The translations under genes were made by a program, and so were the position numbers. Under the pieces are notes generated by a model. That model did no database searches and was not told the DNA's origin. It saw only the letters and a program-made list of their open reading frames with translations. A DNA stretch of 64,000 nucleotides from Candidatus Cryptobacteroides sp. GTDB taxonomy: Bacteria > Bacteroidota > Bacteroidia > Bacteroidales > UBA932. The DNA lies in contig JBGVCF010000009.1 in the NCBI GenBank assembly GCA_045226315.1, positions 16,684-80,683 on the forward strand. Direction: 5' to 3'. Of this stretch, positions 38,404-47,005 are shown in pieces. Each line of letters starts with the position of its first letter. The stretch's first letter is position 1.

Positions 38404-40367
38404 AAAGTATTCACATCCAGCACTTCATACACGGAGTTGTTGCTCTTGTACTCGGGAACTATCTGCTTCATCTTACGCACCGTCTCCATATTGTCGAAGC
38501 GCTTGGAAATGTCTACCAGTTCGTCGATTGCGCGGCTTACGTCTTCGTAATCATATTCGCGCACCTGAGCGATGCGGATTTTTTCGTGGAAGGTGGGCTT
38601 GGTATTTTCCAGCTCATTCAATACTTCCTCGTAGAGTTTCTCCCCTTCCCGCAAGCCGGTATATTCAATTTTCACGTCCTTGGCACCGGAGAGGGCAATC
38701 ATGCGTTTGGCAAGGTCGGCGATCTTTACCGGCTGCCCCATGTCAAAGACGAAAATCTCACCACCATTGCCTTTGGTGCCGGCTTCCAGTACCAGTTTGC
38801 AGGCTTCCGGAATGAGCATGAAGAAACGGACGATATTCTCGTCGGTTACCGTAACAGGACCGCCGTTTTTAATCTGCTCCTTGAACAGCGGAATCACACT
38901 GCCGTTACTGCCCAGCACATTACCGAAGCGGGTGGTAACAAACTGGGTATAGTCGACCGACTTGCCTTTGGAGGCTTCCAGCGCTTCCATCTTCAGTTTG
39001 CGGTCCAGACTCTGTACGTAAATCTCGCATATGCGCTTGCTGCAGCCCATCACATTGGTAGGATTCACGGCTTTGTCGGTGGAGATCATCACGAACTTCT
39101 TCACACCATACTTGACGCTCATGTCGGCGATGACCTTGGTGCCATAAATGTTGTTAAGCACAGCCTCGCTGGGGTTGTCCTCCATCATGGGCACATGTTT
39201 GTAGGCGGCCGCATGGAATACATAATCCGGACGGAAATCCTGGAAAATAAACTCCATACGCGTGCGGCGGCTGATACTGGTGACCACTACCTCGCAGGGA
39301 ACCTGGGGGAAATCCCGTGCCATCATCAGGCGGACGTCGTGTTGGGGTGTTTCGGCCTGGTCCAACAGCATCATCTTCTCCGGGCCGAACCGTGCCACCT
39401 GCCGTACGATTTCCATGCCGATGGAACCGGCCGAACCCGTAATAAGGACCCGTTTACCAGCTAATTGCTGTCCCACGGAGTTCATATCTACCCGGATCTC
39501 CGAACGCGGCAGCAAATCCTCCACGCTCACCTCCTGTAAGGGTATTTTTTCTACCTGAAGTTCTCCGTCCTTCACGCTGGCCTCCGTGGCCTCATGTGCC
39601 ATGTACATCTTGACGCCATTGGCAATCATGATATCCTGCACTTTCTGGTTGCCCCGGAATTCATTCACACGGAACGGACTTACCAGCAGGGCTTGGATGC
39701 GCAGCTTCTTGATAACTGCCTCCAGGTCGTCGTCCAGCGTATACACGGGAACGCCCAGTAACTTCATGTTCTTGATACGGTGTTCATGTGAGATGAAACC
39801 TCTGATGTCAAACTCCGGAGACCGCTGGGTTCGGATATTCTTGGCCAGGCCCACACCGCCGGTAAGTGCACCGTAAATCAGGGCCCGTTTGGCCTGGGAA
39901 TCGGTGTTAGTGGCGTCGAAAAGGAATTTCACCGAAACCCTCAGGCCCCACATCAGCAGCGTGGACAACAAGAAAACAACCAAGGTAAGAAGAGGTTCCA
40001 ACGCCACCAACATGCTCACATCCAACTTTCTGAGCACAAGGGAAACCAGCAGCACAATAACCAGGGATAGTCCATTGGCGTAGGTAAGTTTCATCAGGTC
40101 TACGAAACTGGAGTAACGCAGCACCCCTGAATAAGTCCTGAAAACGCGAGCTCCAATCCAACTGATGGCAGCATACATAAGAGCAGTGTAAAATACTGCC
40201 TCCCAGTGCGCCAAAAAGCTTTGCGTCTTATATGTTATCCAAAAAGTAAATACACAGCAGAGGAATACAATAAAGGAATCCGCTAAAAGGATAGCCCAAT
40301 ATGGCAGGACCCGTTTACTGAAATACCAGGCCGAGAAACGGCGGATGATATCTTTGTTCTGACTCAT
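38400..40367 (-). CDS. CapD/PglF-like UDP-sugar 4,6-dehydratase
   Basis: N-terminal TM segments, ITGSAGSIG, HAAAYKHVP, STDKAVNP, RFGNVLGSNGSV and GLREGEKLYEE. Confidence 0.92.
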   Translation of the reverse strand: MSQNKDIIRRFSAWYFSKRVLPYWAILLADSFIVFLCCVFTFWITYKTQSFLAHWEAVFYTALMYAAISWIGARVFRTYSGVLRYSSFVDLMKLTYANGLSLVIVLLVSLVLRKLDVSMLVALEPLLTLVVFLLSTLLMWGLRVSVKFLFDATNTDSQAKRALIYGALTGGVGLAKNIRTQRSPEFDIRGFISHEHRIKNMKLLGVPVYTLDDDLEAVIKKLRIQALLVSPFRVNEFRGNQKVQDIMIANGVKMYMAHEATEASVKDGELQVEKIPLQEVSVEDLLPRSEIRVDMNSVGQQLAGKRVLITGSAGSIGMEIVRQVARFGPEKMMLLDQAETPQHDVRLMMARDFPQVPCEVVVTSISRRTRMEFIFQDFRPDYVFHAAAYKHVPMMEDNPSEAVLNNIYGTKVIADMSVKYGVKKFVMISTDKAVNPTNVMGCSKRICEIYVQSLDRKLKMEALEASKGKSVDYTQFVTTRFGNVLGSNGSVIPLFKEQIKNGGPVTVTDENIVRFFMLIPEACKLVLEAGTKGNGGEIFVFDMGQPVKIADLAKRMIALSGAKDVKIEYTGLREGEKLYEEVLNELENTKPTFHEKIRIAQVREYDYEDVSRAIDELVDISKRFDNMETVRKMKQIVPEYKSNNSVYEVLDVNTL

Positions 40368-40431
40368 AGGTTAAGGCTTAGGATACAAAGATAATCATTC
40401 TTTTTGAGTGGAGCAACACCCCCCGGGTATC

Positions 40432-41076
40432 TTATACCCGCGGACCAAAAATATCGGTGCCGATGCGCACCATCGTGGCCCCGTGACGGACAGCCAGAGG
40501 CCAGTCCCCGGACATGCCGATGGACAACTCCGTAAAATCGGGGAAACCCATAGCCTGAATCTTCCGGAACAGCGCCTCAATCCGCTCGAAATCCCTTTCC
40601 ACCACGCTCATATCCTCCGTATTAGTGGCCATTCCCATAAGTCCCCTGATTCGTACTGCCGGAGATGACTCTCCGGCCATAATGTCTAGGATTTCGGCCT
40701 CTGTGAAACCCTGTTTGGTCTGCTCGGCGCCTAAGTGGAGTTCCAGAAGGACGTCTACAGTTCGGTTGTAGGCCAGGGCCCAGGACTTGATGGCCTCCAA
40801 CAGATGAAGGGAATCAACCGACTGAACCAGAGAAACATAAGGAAGAACCAGTTTCAGCTTGTTGGTTTGCAGATGGCCGATAAAATGCCATTGAACATCG
40901 GCCGGCATTTGGGGAACTTTGGCTGCCAGTTCCTGCGGGCGGCTTTCGGCAAAAACCCGCTGTCCGGCGGCATAAGCCTCCATAATTTGTTCAACAGGGT
41001 GGAATTTGGAAACTGCCACCAGTTGAACACCTGATGGCAGTTTCTTTAGAATAGACTGTAAATTACTGGCAATCAT
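40432..41076 (-). CDS. yggS: PLP homeostasis protein
   Basis: LVAVSKF, WHFIGHLQTNK, GLMGM, SIGMSGD and VRIGTDIFG. ATG overlaps the yidC stop. Confidence 0.93.
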   Translation of the reverse strand: MIASNLQSILKKLPSGVQLVAVSKFHPVEQIMEAYAAGQRVFAESRPQELAAKVPQMPADVQWHFIGHLQTNKLKLVLPYVSLVQSVDSLHLLEAIKSWALAYNRTVDVLLELHLGAEQTKQGFTEAEILDIMAGESSPAVRIRGLMGMATNTEDMSVVERDFERIEALFRKIQAMGFPDFTELSIGMSGDWPLAVRHGATMVRIGTDIFGPRV

Positions 41077-42971
41077 TAGCGTTTCTTGCCTCTTTGCTTC
41101 TCCATTTCTCGCTGCATCTTCTGGGCTTCTTCCAGACGCTGCTGCCACTTGCTCTTGGGCGCGGGCTTGTTCTCTTTTTCGGCGGCCTCCACCTTGGCAA
41201 TCACGTCCTTGGGATCCACAATCCACTTGCGGATGACCCAGGTTTCCACCATGGTAATGAGGTTGCTGAGCAGATAATAATAGCTAAGACCCGAAGACAG
41301 GTTGTTACAGATGAAGAACATCATGATGGGCATCATGTACAGGCTCATGGCCTGCATCATCTTGGCGTTGGGGTCGTTTCCGGCTGTTGTCTGCTGCTGC
41401 ATGATCTTGGAGTAGAAGAACATGGAAACGGCCATCAGGAGCGCGAAGAGCGAGATATGGTCCATGCCCAGGATGCTGGTGTTCCAATGGATGATATCGT
41501 CGTAGGCGCTCAGGTCCTCGGCCCAGAGGAAAGGCTGCTGACGCAGTTCAATGGAAGCCGGGAAGAAGCGGAACATAGCCCAGAGGATAGGCATCTGCAG
41601 CAGCATGGGCAGACAACCGCCCATGGGCGAAACGCCGGCCTTCTTGTACAGGGCCATAGTCTCCTGCTGCTTCTTCATGGCGTCCTCCTGCTTGGGATAC
41701 TTGGCGTTGATCTTCTCCATATAAGGCTTCAGCGCCTGCATCTTGGCCGACGAAGAGTAGCTCTTGTAGGCGAAAGGCAGCACGACGATCTTGATGAAGA
41801 TGGTCATGAGCAGGATGATGATGCCGAAATTGGAGATGGCGCGGTGCAGCCAGTCGAACAGCGGGATAATCACGTATTTGGTGAAGACGCCGATGACCTT
41901 ACCACCCAGAGGAATCACCTTCTCATAGGCATGTCCGTAGGCTTTCAGGCCACGGTAGCTGTTGGGGCCGAAATAGAACTCGAAGGGCACCTGGATGTTC
42001 TCGCCGGGGGTAATATCGGCCCGCATGGCGGCCTTGCAATGCATGAGGTCTTTGTCGCCCTTGGGCAGGAAGTCGATGGAGAACTCTCCGTAACTGAAGT
42101 TCTTGGGAGCACGCATGATGGCGCTGAAGAACTGCTGCTGGAAAGCGAACCATTCGATGTTGTTGTTGAAACGCTTCTCTCCCCTGCGGCCGTTGCCAAT
42201 GCTGGCGGGCTTGTTGTCGTCCGGGAAATAGTAGTTCAGGCGGGAGTACTGGGTTTCGTTCTTGTATCCCTTCTCCATGCGGGGAATCACAGCGTCGAAG
42301 TCTACGTCCATGCTGCCCACGTTGCGGGGAATCAAATTCCCCATTCCCACCAGCGAAACGGTTTCGTTCACCGAATAGGAATCCTGGACCAAGGTGTACT
42401 TCTGCTCAATGTAACCGCCATTGGCGAAAGGCAGGCGCATTACCACGGTGCTGTCCGTGGAGGCCTCGGCCACATACTGGAAGGTGAATTTCCTAGTGTC
42501 GATGGCCGTGGGCGCATACACCACGAATCCCAGTTGTGACTGATCAGCCTGCAAAAGATACAACGGTTCCTTGCCATAAGTAAGGTAATCCTTCACCCTC
42601 ACCGAGTACGGCTGGCCGCCCCGGGTGGTGAAGACTACTTCCAGTTTGCTGTTTTCCAGCGTAACCAATTGGGCATCGGCCCGGGCTGCGCTGTTCAGGA
42701 GGGAATCCGAATACACGGGTGCCACCGGTGCCGTAGCGGCAGGTGAGGCCGTGCTGACTGCAACGGCTGCATCTGCAGCGGCAGCAGCTTCCGGATGTTC
42801 CGCACGCCAGATGCTGTCCTGCTGCCACTGGGCATAGGCCTCCGCGGCGGCGATGGAATCCAGCTGTGCCTGATACTCCTGTTGTTTCTTAACCTGACGG
42901 CTCTGATACCCGAAGAACCCCATCATGATGAGGAAGATCAGGACAAAGCCGATGATCGAATTCTTATCCAT
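41076..42971 (-). CDS. yidC: Membrane protein insertase
   Basis: MDKNSIIGF, FYFGPN, NFGIIILLMT, MGGCLPMLLQMP and FLWAEDLS. Confidence 0.95.
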   Translation of the reverse strand: MDKNSIIGFVLIFLIMMGFFGYQSRQVKKQQEYQAQLDSIAAAEAYAQWQQDSIWRAEHPEAAAAADAAVAVSTASPAATAPVAPVYSDSLLNSAARADAQLVTLENSKLEVVFTTRGGQPYSVRVKDYLTYGKEPLYLLQADQSQLGFVVYAPTAIDTRKFTFQYVAEASTDSTVVMRLPFANGGYIEQKYTLVQDSYSVNETVSLVGMGNLIPRNVGSMDVDFDAVIPRMEKGYKNETQYSRLNYYFPDDNKPASIGNGRRGEKRFNNNIEWFAFQQQFFSAIMRAPKNFSYGEFSIDFLPKGDKDLMHCKAAMRADITPGENIQVPFEFYFGPNSYRGLKAYGHAYEKVIPLGGKVIGVFTKYVIIPLFDWLHRAISNFGIIILLMTIFIKIVVLPFAYKSYSSSAKMQALKPYMEKINAKYPKQEDAMKKQQETMALYKKAGVSPMGGCLPMLLQMPILWAMFRFFPASIELRQQPFLWAEDLSAYDDIIHWNTSILGMDHISLFALLMAVSMFFYSKIMQQQTTAGNDPNAKMMQAMSLYMMPIMMFFICNNLSSGLSYYYLLSNLITMVETWVIRKWIVDPKDVIAKVEAAEKENKPAPKSKWQQRLEEAQKMQREMEKQRGKKR

Positions 42972-42977
42972 AGGCCG

Positions 42978-44837
42978 TTATTCCTGCACCTCCTCTGCTT
43001 CCTTCGCACGGATCTGGGCTTTCAGCTCTTCCAGCTTGGCCTTGGCGGAGTCGATGCGCTGCTGCATCTGGGCCTTGAGCAATTCGGCGCCCTTGGACAG
43101 GCCGAAGAAGCCGATATTGTTCTCATAGGTCTGGATTTCCTGCTGGAGCTGATTGAACTGCTCCTTCAGGCGGTCTACCTCACTGACGGGACGGCGCTGG
43201 CCCCCTTCACGACGGCCTGCATCGCGGCGGCCACGGCCACCGAAGCCCGGGAATTTCTCTTCCATGGCCTCCTTATAAGCAGCCTGGACGGCATCCTTCT
43301 CCTTGAACGGAACAAAGCCGATGGCATTCCAGCGTTCGGCGAAGTCTTTGCGGGCCTGCTCATCCTTTTCGGCATCCGGGACATAGGCATGGATTTCGGC
43401 GATGAGGGCCTTCTTGGCAGCCAGGTTGGCCGACAGGTTGCCGGGACCCGGACGGTTGTCGCGGGCGGTGAAGAAGGCGTCGCAGGCAGCGCGGAAACGC
43501 TTCCAGATTTGCTCGCTCTTCTTGCGCGGGACGGCACCGATTTCCTTCCACTGCTTCTGGAGTTCGATCAGGCGGTCACCGGTGGCCTTCCAATCCGTGC
43601 TGTCCTTCAGGGATTCGGCTTCCTCGATGATGGCCATCTTCTTGGCCAGGTTCTCGTTCATGCTGTCCTTGAACTCCGTGAAGGAGGCACGCTTGCGCTC
43701 GAAGAATTGGTCGCAGGCGGCGCGGAAACGCTCATAGATCTTCTGGTTATCCTTGCGGGTGGCAAAGCCGATAGTGCGCCACTTGGCCTGGATTTCTTCA
43801 ATCTCCTTGCTGAGGGCGTTCCACTGCGTGGAAGAAGTAACCTCCTTGGCGGCGATTTCCTCTACCTGTTCGCACAGGGCGGTTTTGGCAGCCAGATTCT
43901 CCACCTGCTGAGCTTTCAGGCCCTCGAAGTGGGACTGGTAGCGTTTATTGATGACGGAAGTGGCAGCGCGGAAACGCTCCCAGATGGCGTCGCGGTATTC
44001 CTTGGCCACGGGGCCCAGGTCTTTCCACTGTTCGTGCAGTTTCTGGAGCTCCTTGAAGGCTTCCACCACATCCTCGTCCTGGGCCAGGGCCTCTGCCGTT
44101 TCGCAGAAAACGGTCTTGGCTTCCAGATTCTTCTTGAAATCGAGGTCGCGCAGTTCGCGGTTGATGTCTACAAGATCGTAGAACTTAGTCACATACAACT
44201 GATAGGTATCGTTGACATCGCGGAAGCTCTGCTGGGGAACAGGGCCGATTTCGCGCCACTGGTTCTGGATTTCGCGGAACTTGGGGAAGGCGTCCTTCAT
44301 ATCGCCGGGTTCCTCCACCAGGGCCTTCAACTGTTCGATGATGGCCTGCTTCTTGGCCAGGTTCTCTTCCCGCTGAGCATCCTGCTCGCGGTTGAAGGCG
44401 GCGCGCTCCTTCTTATATTCCAGGTACAGCTCCTTGAAGCCGGCCTCGATGGCGGCGAAGGGGCTCACGGGGCCGCTCTGCATGGGAACGGTGGCCTCAT
44501 CTACGCTGGTATTCTCGTCCGGCTCTTCCACGGTAGCGTCTTCGCCGGCTTCGGCCTTCTCCTTGGAAAGCCTTTTATAGAAAGCGGATTTAATGGACTC
44601 CGCCTCCTTGGACCGCTTCATGCGGTCTTCACCTTCTTTCAATTCCTGGAACAGCTGGGATAACTCTGCTAGGGTTTTCTCCGAAAAGTTCACCACGGCT
44701 TCCTTCACTTCCTCCACCACTTCTTCCACTTTATCGGCCACGGTTTCCACTGTTTCTTCCACTACGGGGGCTTTCTGTTCCTCTTGGGCTACATCTGCGG
44801 GTTCTACATTTACCACAGGCTTCATTTCTTCACTCAT
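42978..44837 (-). CDS. DUF349 domain protein
   Basis: Repeated ENLAKK...Q..W..IG.VP/IW.RF..ACD.FF helical units. Confidence 0.85.
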   Translation of the reverse strand: MSEEMKPVVNVEPADVAQEEQKAPVVEETVETVADKVEEVVEEVKEAVVNFSEKTLAELSQLFQELKEGEDRMKRSKEAESIKSAFYKRLSKEKAEAGEDATVEEPDENTSVDEATVPMQSGPVSPFAAIEAGFKELYLEYKKERAAFNREQDAQREENLAKKQAIIEQLKALVEEPGDMKDAFPKFREIQNQWREIGPVPQQSFRDVNDTYQLYVTKFYDLVDINRELRDLDFKKNLEAKTVFCETAEALAQDEDVVEAFKELQKLHEQWKDLGPVAKEYRDAIWERFRAATSVINKRYQSHFEGLKAQQVENLAAKTALCEQVEEIAAKEVTSSTQWNALSKEIEEIQAKWRTIGFATRKDNQKIYERFRAACDQFFERKRASFTEFKDSMNENLAKKMAIIEEAESLKDSTDWKATGDRLIELQKQWKEIGAVPRKKSEQIWKRFRAACDAFFTARDNRPGPGNLSANLAAKKALIAEIHAYVPDAEKDEQARKDFAERWNAIGFVPFKEKDAVQAAYKEAMEEKFPGFGGRGRRDAGRREGGQRRPVSEVDRLKEQFNQLQQEIQTYENNIGFFGLSKGAELLKAQMQQRIDSAKAKLEELKAQIRAKEAEEVQE

Positions 44838-44925
44838 AAGTTTGTACTATAAGGTTTAACAATAACCCACAAATATAAGAATATTCCACGAAAAAACGCT
44901 ATTTTTGCAACACAATTATATCGTC

Positions 44926-45603
44926 ATGCTCAGAATAGACATCATCAGCGTAGTCCCTGAACTGCTGGAAAGTCCGCTCAGTTATTCCATTCCCGGCCGC
45001 GCCGTCAAAAAAGGCCTGGCCGAAATCCACGTGCACGACCTTCGCCAATACGGCCTGGGCAGCCGCCAGACAGTGGACGACTATTCCTACGGCGGCGACG
45101 CCGGCATGGTGATGATGGTGGAACCCGTATTCAACTGCATCCGGGACCTCCAGGCCCAGCGCACCTACGACGAAGTGATCTACATGGCCCCGGACGGGGA
45201 AATCCTTACCCAAAGCATCGCCAACGAGCTCTCCCTCAAAGGCAACATCATCATCCTCTGCGGCCATTACAAGGGCATCGACGAGCGCATCCGCGAGCAC
45301 CTGATCACCCGCGAGATTTCCGTGGGCGACTTCGTGGTGAGCGGCGGAGAGATTCCTGCCGCCCTCCTGGCCGACAGCATCATCCGCCTCCTGCCTGGCG
45401 TGCTCACCGACGAAACATCGGCCCTGAGCGACTCCTTCCAGGACGGACTGGTCTCCCCGCCCGTGTACACGCGCCCGGCTTCTTTCAATGGTTGGGATGT
45501 CCCGGAGGTACTGCTTTCCGGCAACCCCAAACTCATCCGCGCCTGGCAGGACGAACAAGCCATCCAGCGCACCCGGCAACGCCGGCCCGAACTTTTGAAA
45601 TAA
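44926..45603 (+). CDS. trmD: tRNA (guanine37-N1)-methyltransferase
   Basis: DDYSYGGDAGM, LCGHYKGIDER, SVGDFVVSGGE, YTRP and VPEVLLSGN. Confidence 0.96.
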   Translation: MLRIDIISVVPELLESPLSYSIPGRAVKKGLAEIHVHDLRQYGLGSRQTVDDYSYGGDAGMVMMVEPVFNCIRDLQAQRTYDEVIYMAPDGEILTQSIANELSLKGNIIILCGHYKGIDERIREHLITREISVGDFVVSGGEIPAALLADSIIRLLPGVLTDETSALSDSFQDGLVSPPVYTRPASFNGWDVPEVLLSGNPKLIRAWQDEQAIQRTRQRRPELLK

Positions 45604-45612
45604 CTATCCCTC

Positions 45613-46830
45613 ATGCGTTCTCTCCAAGAGCTATACAAGATTGGGAAAGGTCCGTCCTCTTCCCACACCATGGGCCCCAACAAGGCTGCTACCATTTTCG
45701 CCGAACGCCACGGCACGGACACCGCCCGTTTTGAAGTCACCCTCTATGGTTCCCTGGCCGCCACCGGCAAGGGCCACATGACCGACGTGGCTATCCTGGA
45801 AGTGCTGGAACCGCTGGCCCCCACCACCATTTTATGGGAGCCCACCGTCTTTCCCGACTACCATCCCAACGGCATGCTCTTCAAGGCCTTCCGGGCCGAT
45901 GGATCCCTGGCCGAATCCTGGACCGTCTATTCCATTGGCGGCGGCGCCCTTTCCGAAGGGCCCGGCAAGGAGATGAGCCAGTCCGGCGAGGTATACGACA
46001 TGAATACCCTCACCGAGATTATTCAGTGGTGTGAGAGGAACGGCCGCAGCTTCTGGGAATACGTGGAAATGAGCGAAGGCTCCGCCATCTGGGACTATCT
46101 CATGGAAGTCTGGGAAGCCATGAAAGCCTCCGTGGAGCGCGGTTTGGAAACCGAAGGCCGCCTGCCCGGCCCCCTGAACCTGTCCCGCAAAGCCGGCGTG
46201 TATCACGTAAAAGCGCAGGGTTACCAGCCCAACCTCCGTTCCAGAGGCCTGGTATTCGCCTATGCCTTGGCCGTAAGTGAGGAGAACGCCTCCGGCGGTA
46301 CCATCGTCACAGCACCCACCTGCGGCTCCAGCGGCGTCATCCCCGGCGTGCTGTATCACCTGTCCCACGGCCATGCCTTCAGCGACCGCAAAGTACTGCA
46401 TGCCCTGGCCACGGCCGGCATCGTGGGCAACGTAGTCAAGCAGAACGCCTCCATCTCCGGGGCCGATGTAGGCTGCCAAGGCGAAGTGGGCGTGGCCTGT
46501 GCCATGGCATCGGCCGCCGCCTGCCAGCTGTTCGGCGGCAGCCCTTTCCAGATTGAATATGCGGCCGAAATGGGCCTGGAGCACCACCTGGGCATGACCT
46601 GCGACCCCATCTGCGGCCTGGTGCAGATTCCCTGCATCGAGCGCAACGCCTTTGCCGCCACCCGCGCCCTGGACGCCAATATCTATTCCACCTTCTCCGA
46701 CGGACGTCACCGCATCTCCTTCGACCATGTGGTGGAAGTGATGAAGCAAACCGGAAAAGACCTTCCTTCCCTTTATAAGGAAACTTCGGCCGGCGGTCTG
46801 GCCCTTCACTACGAACTCAAACAGGAGTAA
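45613..46830 (+). CDS. sdaA: L-serine ammonia-lyase (Fe-S, fused)
   Basis: GKGPSSSHTMGP, APTCGSSG, GCQGEVG and GMTCDPICGLVQIPCIERN. Confidence 0.93.
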   Translation: MRSLQELYKIGKGPSSSHTMGPNKAATIFAERHGTDTARFEVTLYGSLAATGKGHMTDVAILEVLEPLAPTTILWEPTVFPDYHPNGMLFKAFRADGSLAESWTVYSIGGGALSEGPGKEMSQSGEVYDMNTLTEIIQWCERNGRSFWEYVEMSEGSAIWDYLMEVWEAMKASVERGLETEGRLPGPLNLSRKAGVYHVKAQGYQPNLRSRGLVFAYALAVSEENASGGTIVTAPTCGSSGVIPGVLYHLSHGHAFSDRKVLHALATAGIVGNVVKQNASISGADVGCQGEVGVACAMASAAACQLFGGSPFQIEYAAEMGLEHHLGMTCDPICGLVQIPCIERNAFAATRALDANIYSTFSDGRHRISFDHVVEVMKQTGKDLPSLYKETSAGGLALHYELKQE

Positions 46831-46862
46831 AAATAAAGAGCTCGCATCCCTGCGAGCTCTTT
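46830..46862. terminator. Intrinsic terminator with the best U-tract on the minus strand
   Basis: AAAGAGCTCGCA-tccc-TGCGAGCTCTTT. The minus strand continues ATTTTT. Confidence 0.85.
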
Positions 46863-46935
46863 ACTTGGTTAGTTAGTAGTGTATTCTTACCTTAAAAGAA
46901 GAAGGTTAATTAGTTGGTTAGAAGATACGTTTTTC
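46830..46935 (-). ncRNA. Candidate ~100-nt sRNA with repeated YTAACY motifs
   Basis: Consensus TTTG-N19-TATCTTTG promoter (46971-46941), no ATG before the terminator. Confidence 0.6.
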
Positions 46936-47005
46936 TGAGACAAAGATAAACAAAGTTTTTAAACCTGCAAAATTTTTTAAACTTTTCATTATTAAATAAA
47001 TTATT

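Noticed and set aside
41094-44663. Long plus-strand ORFs (481 and 622 aa) opposite yidC and DUF349
   Set aside because: Same shadow effect; they fully overlap clear genes.
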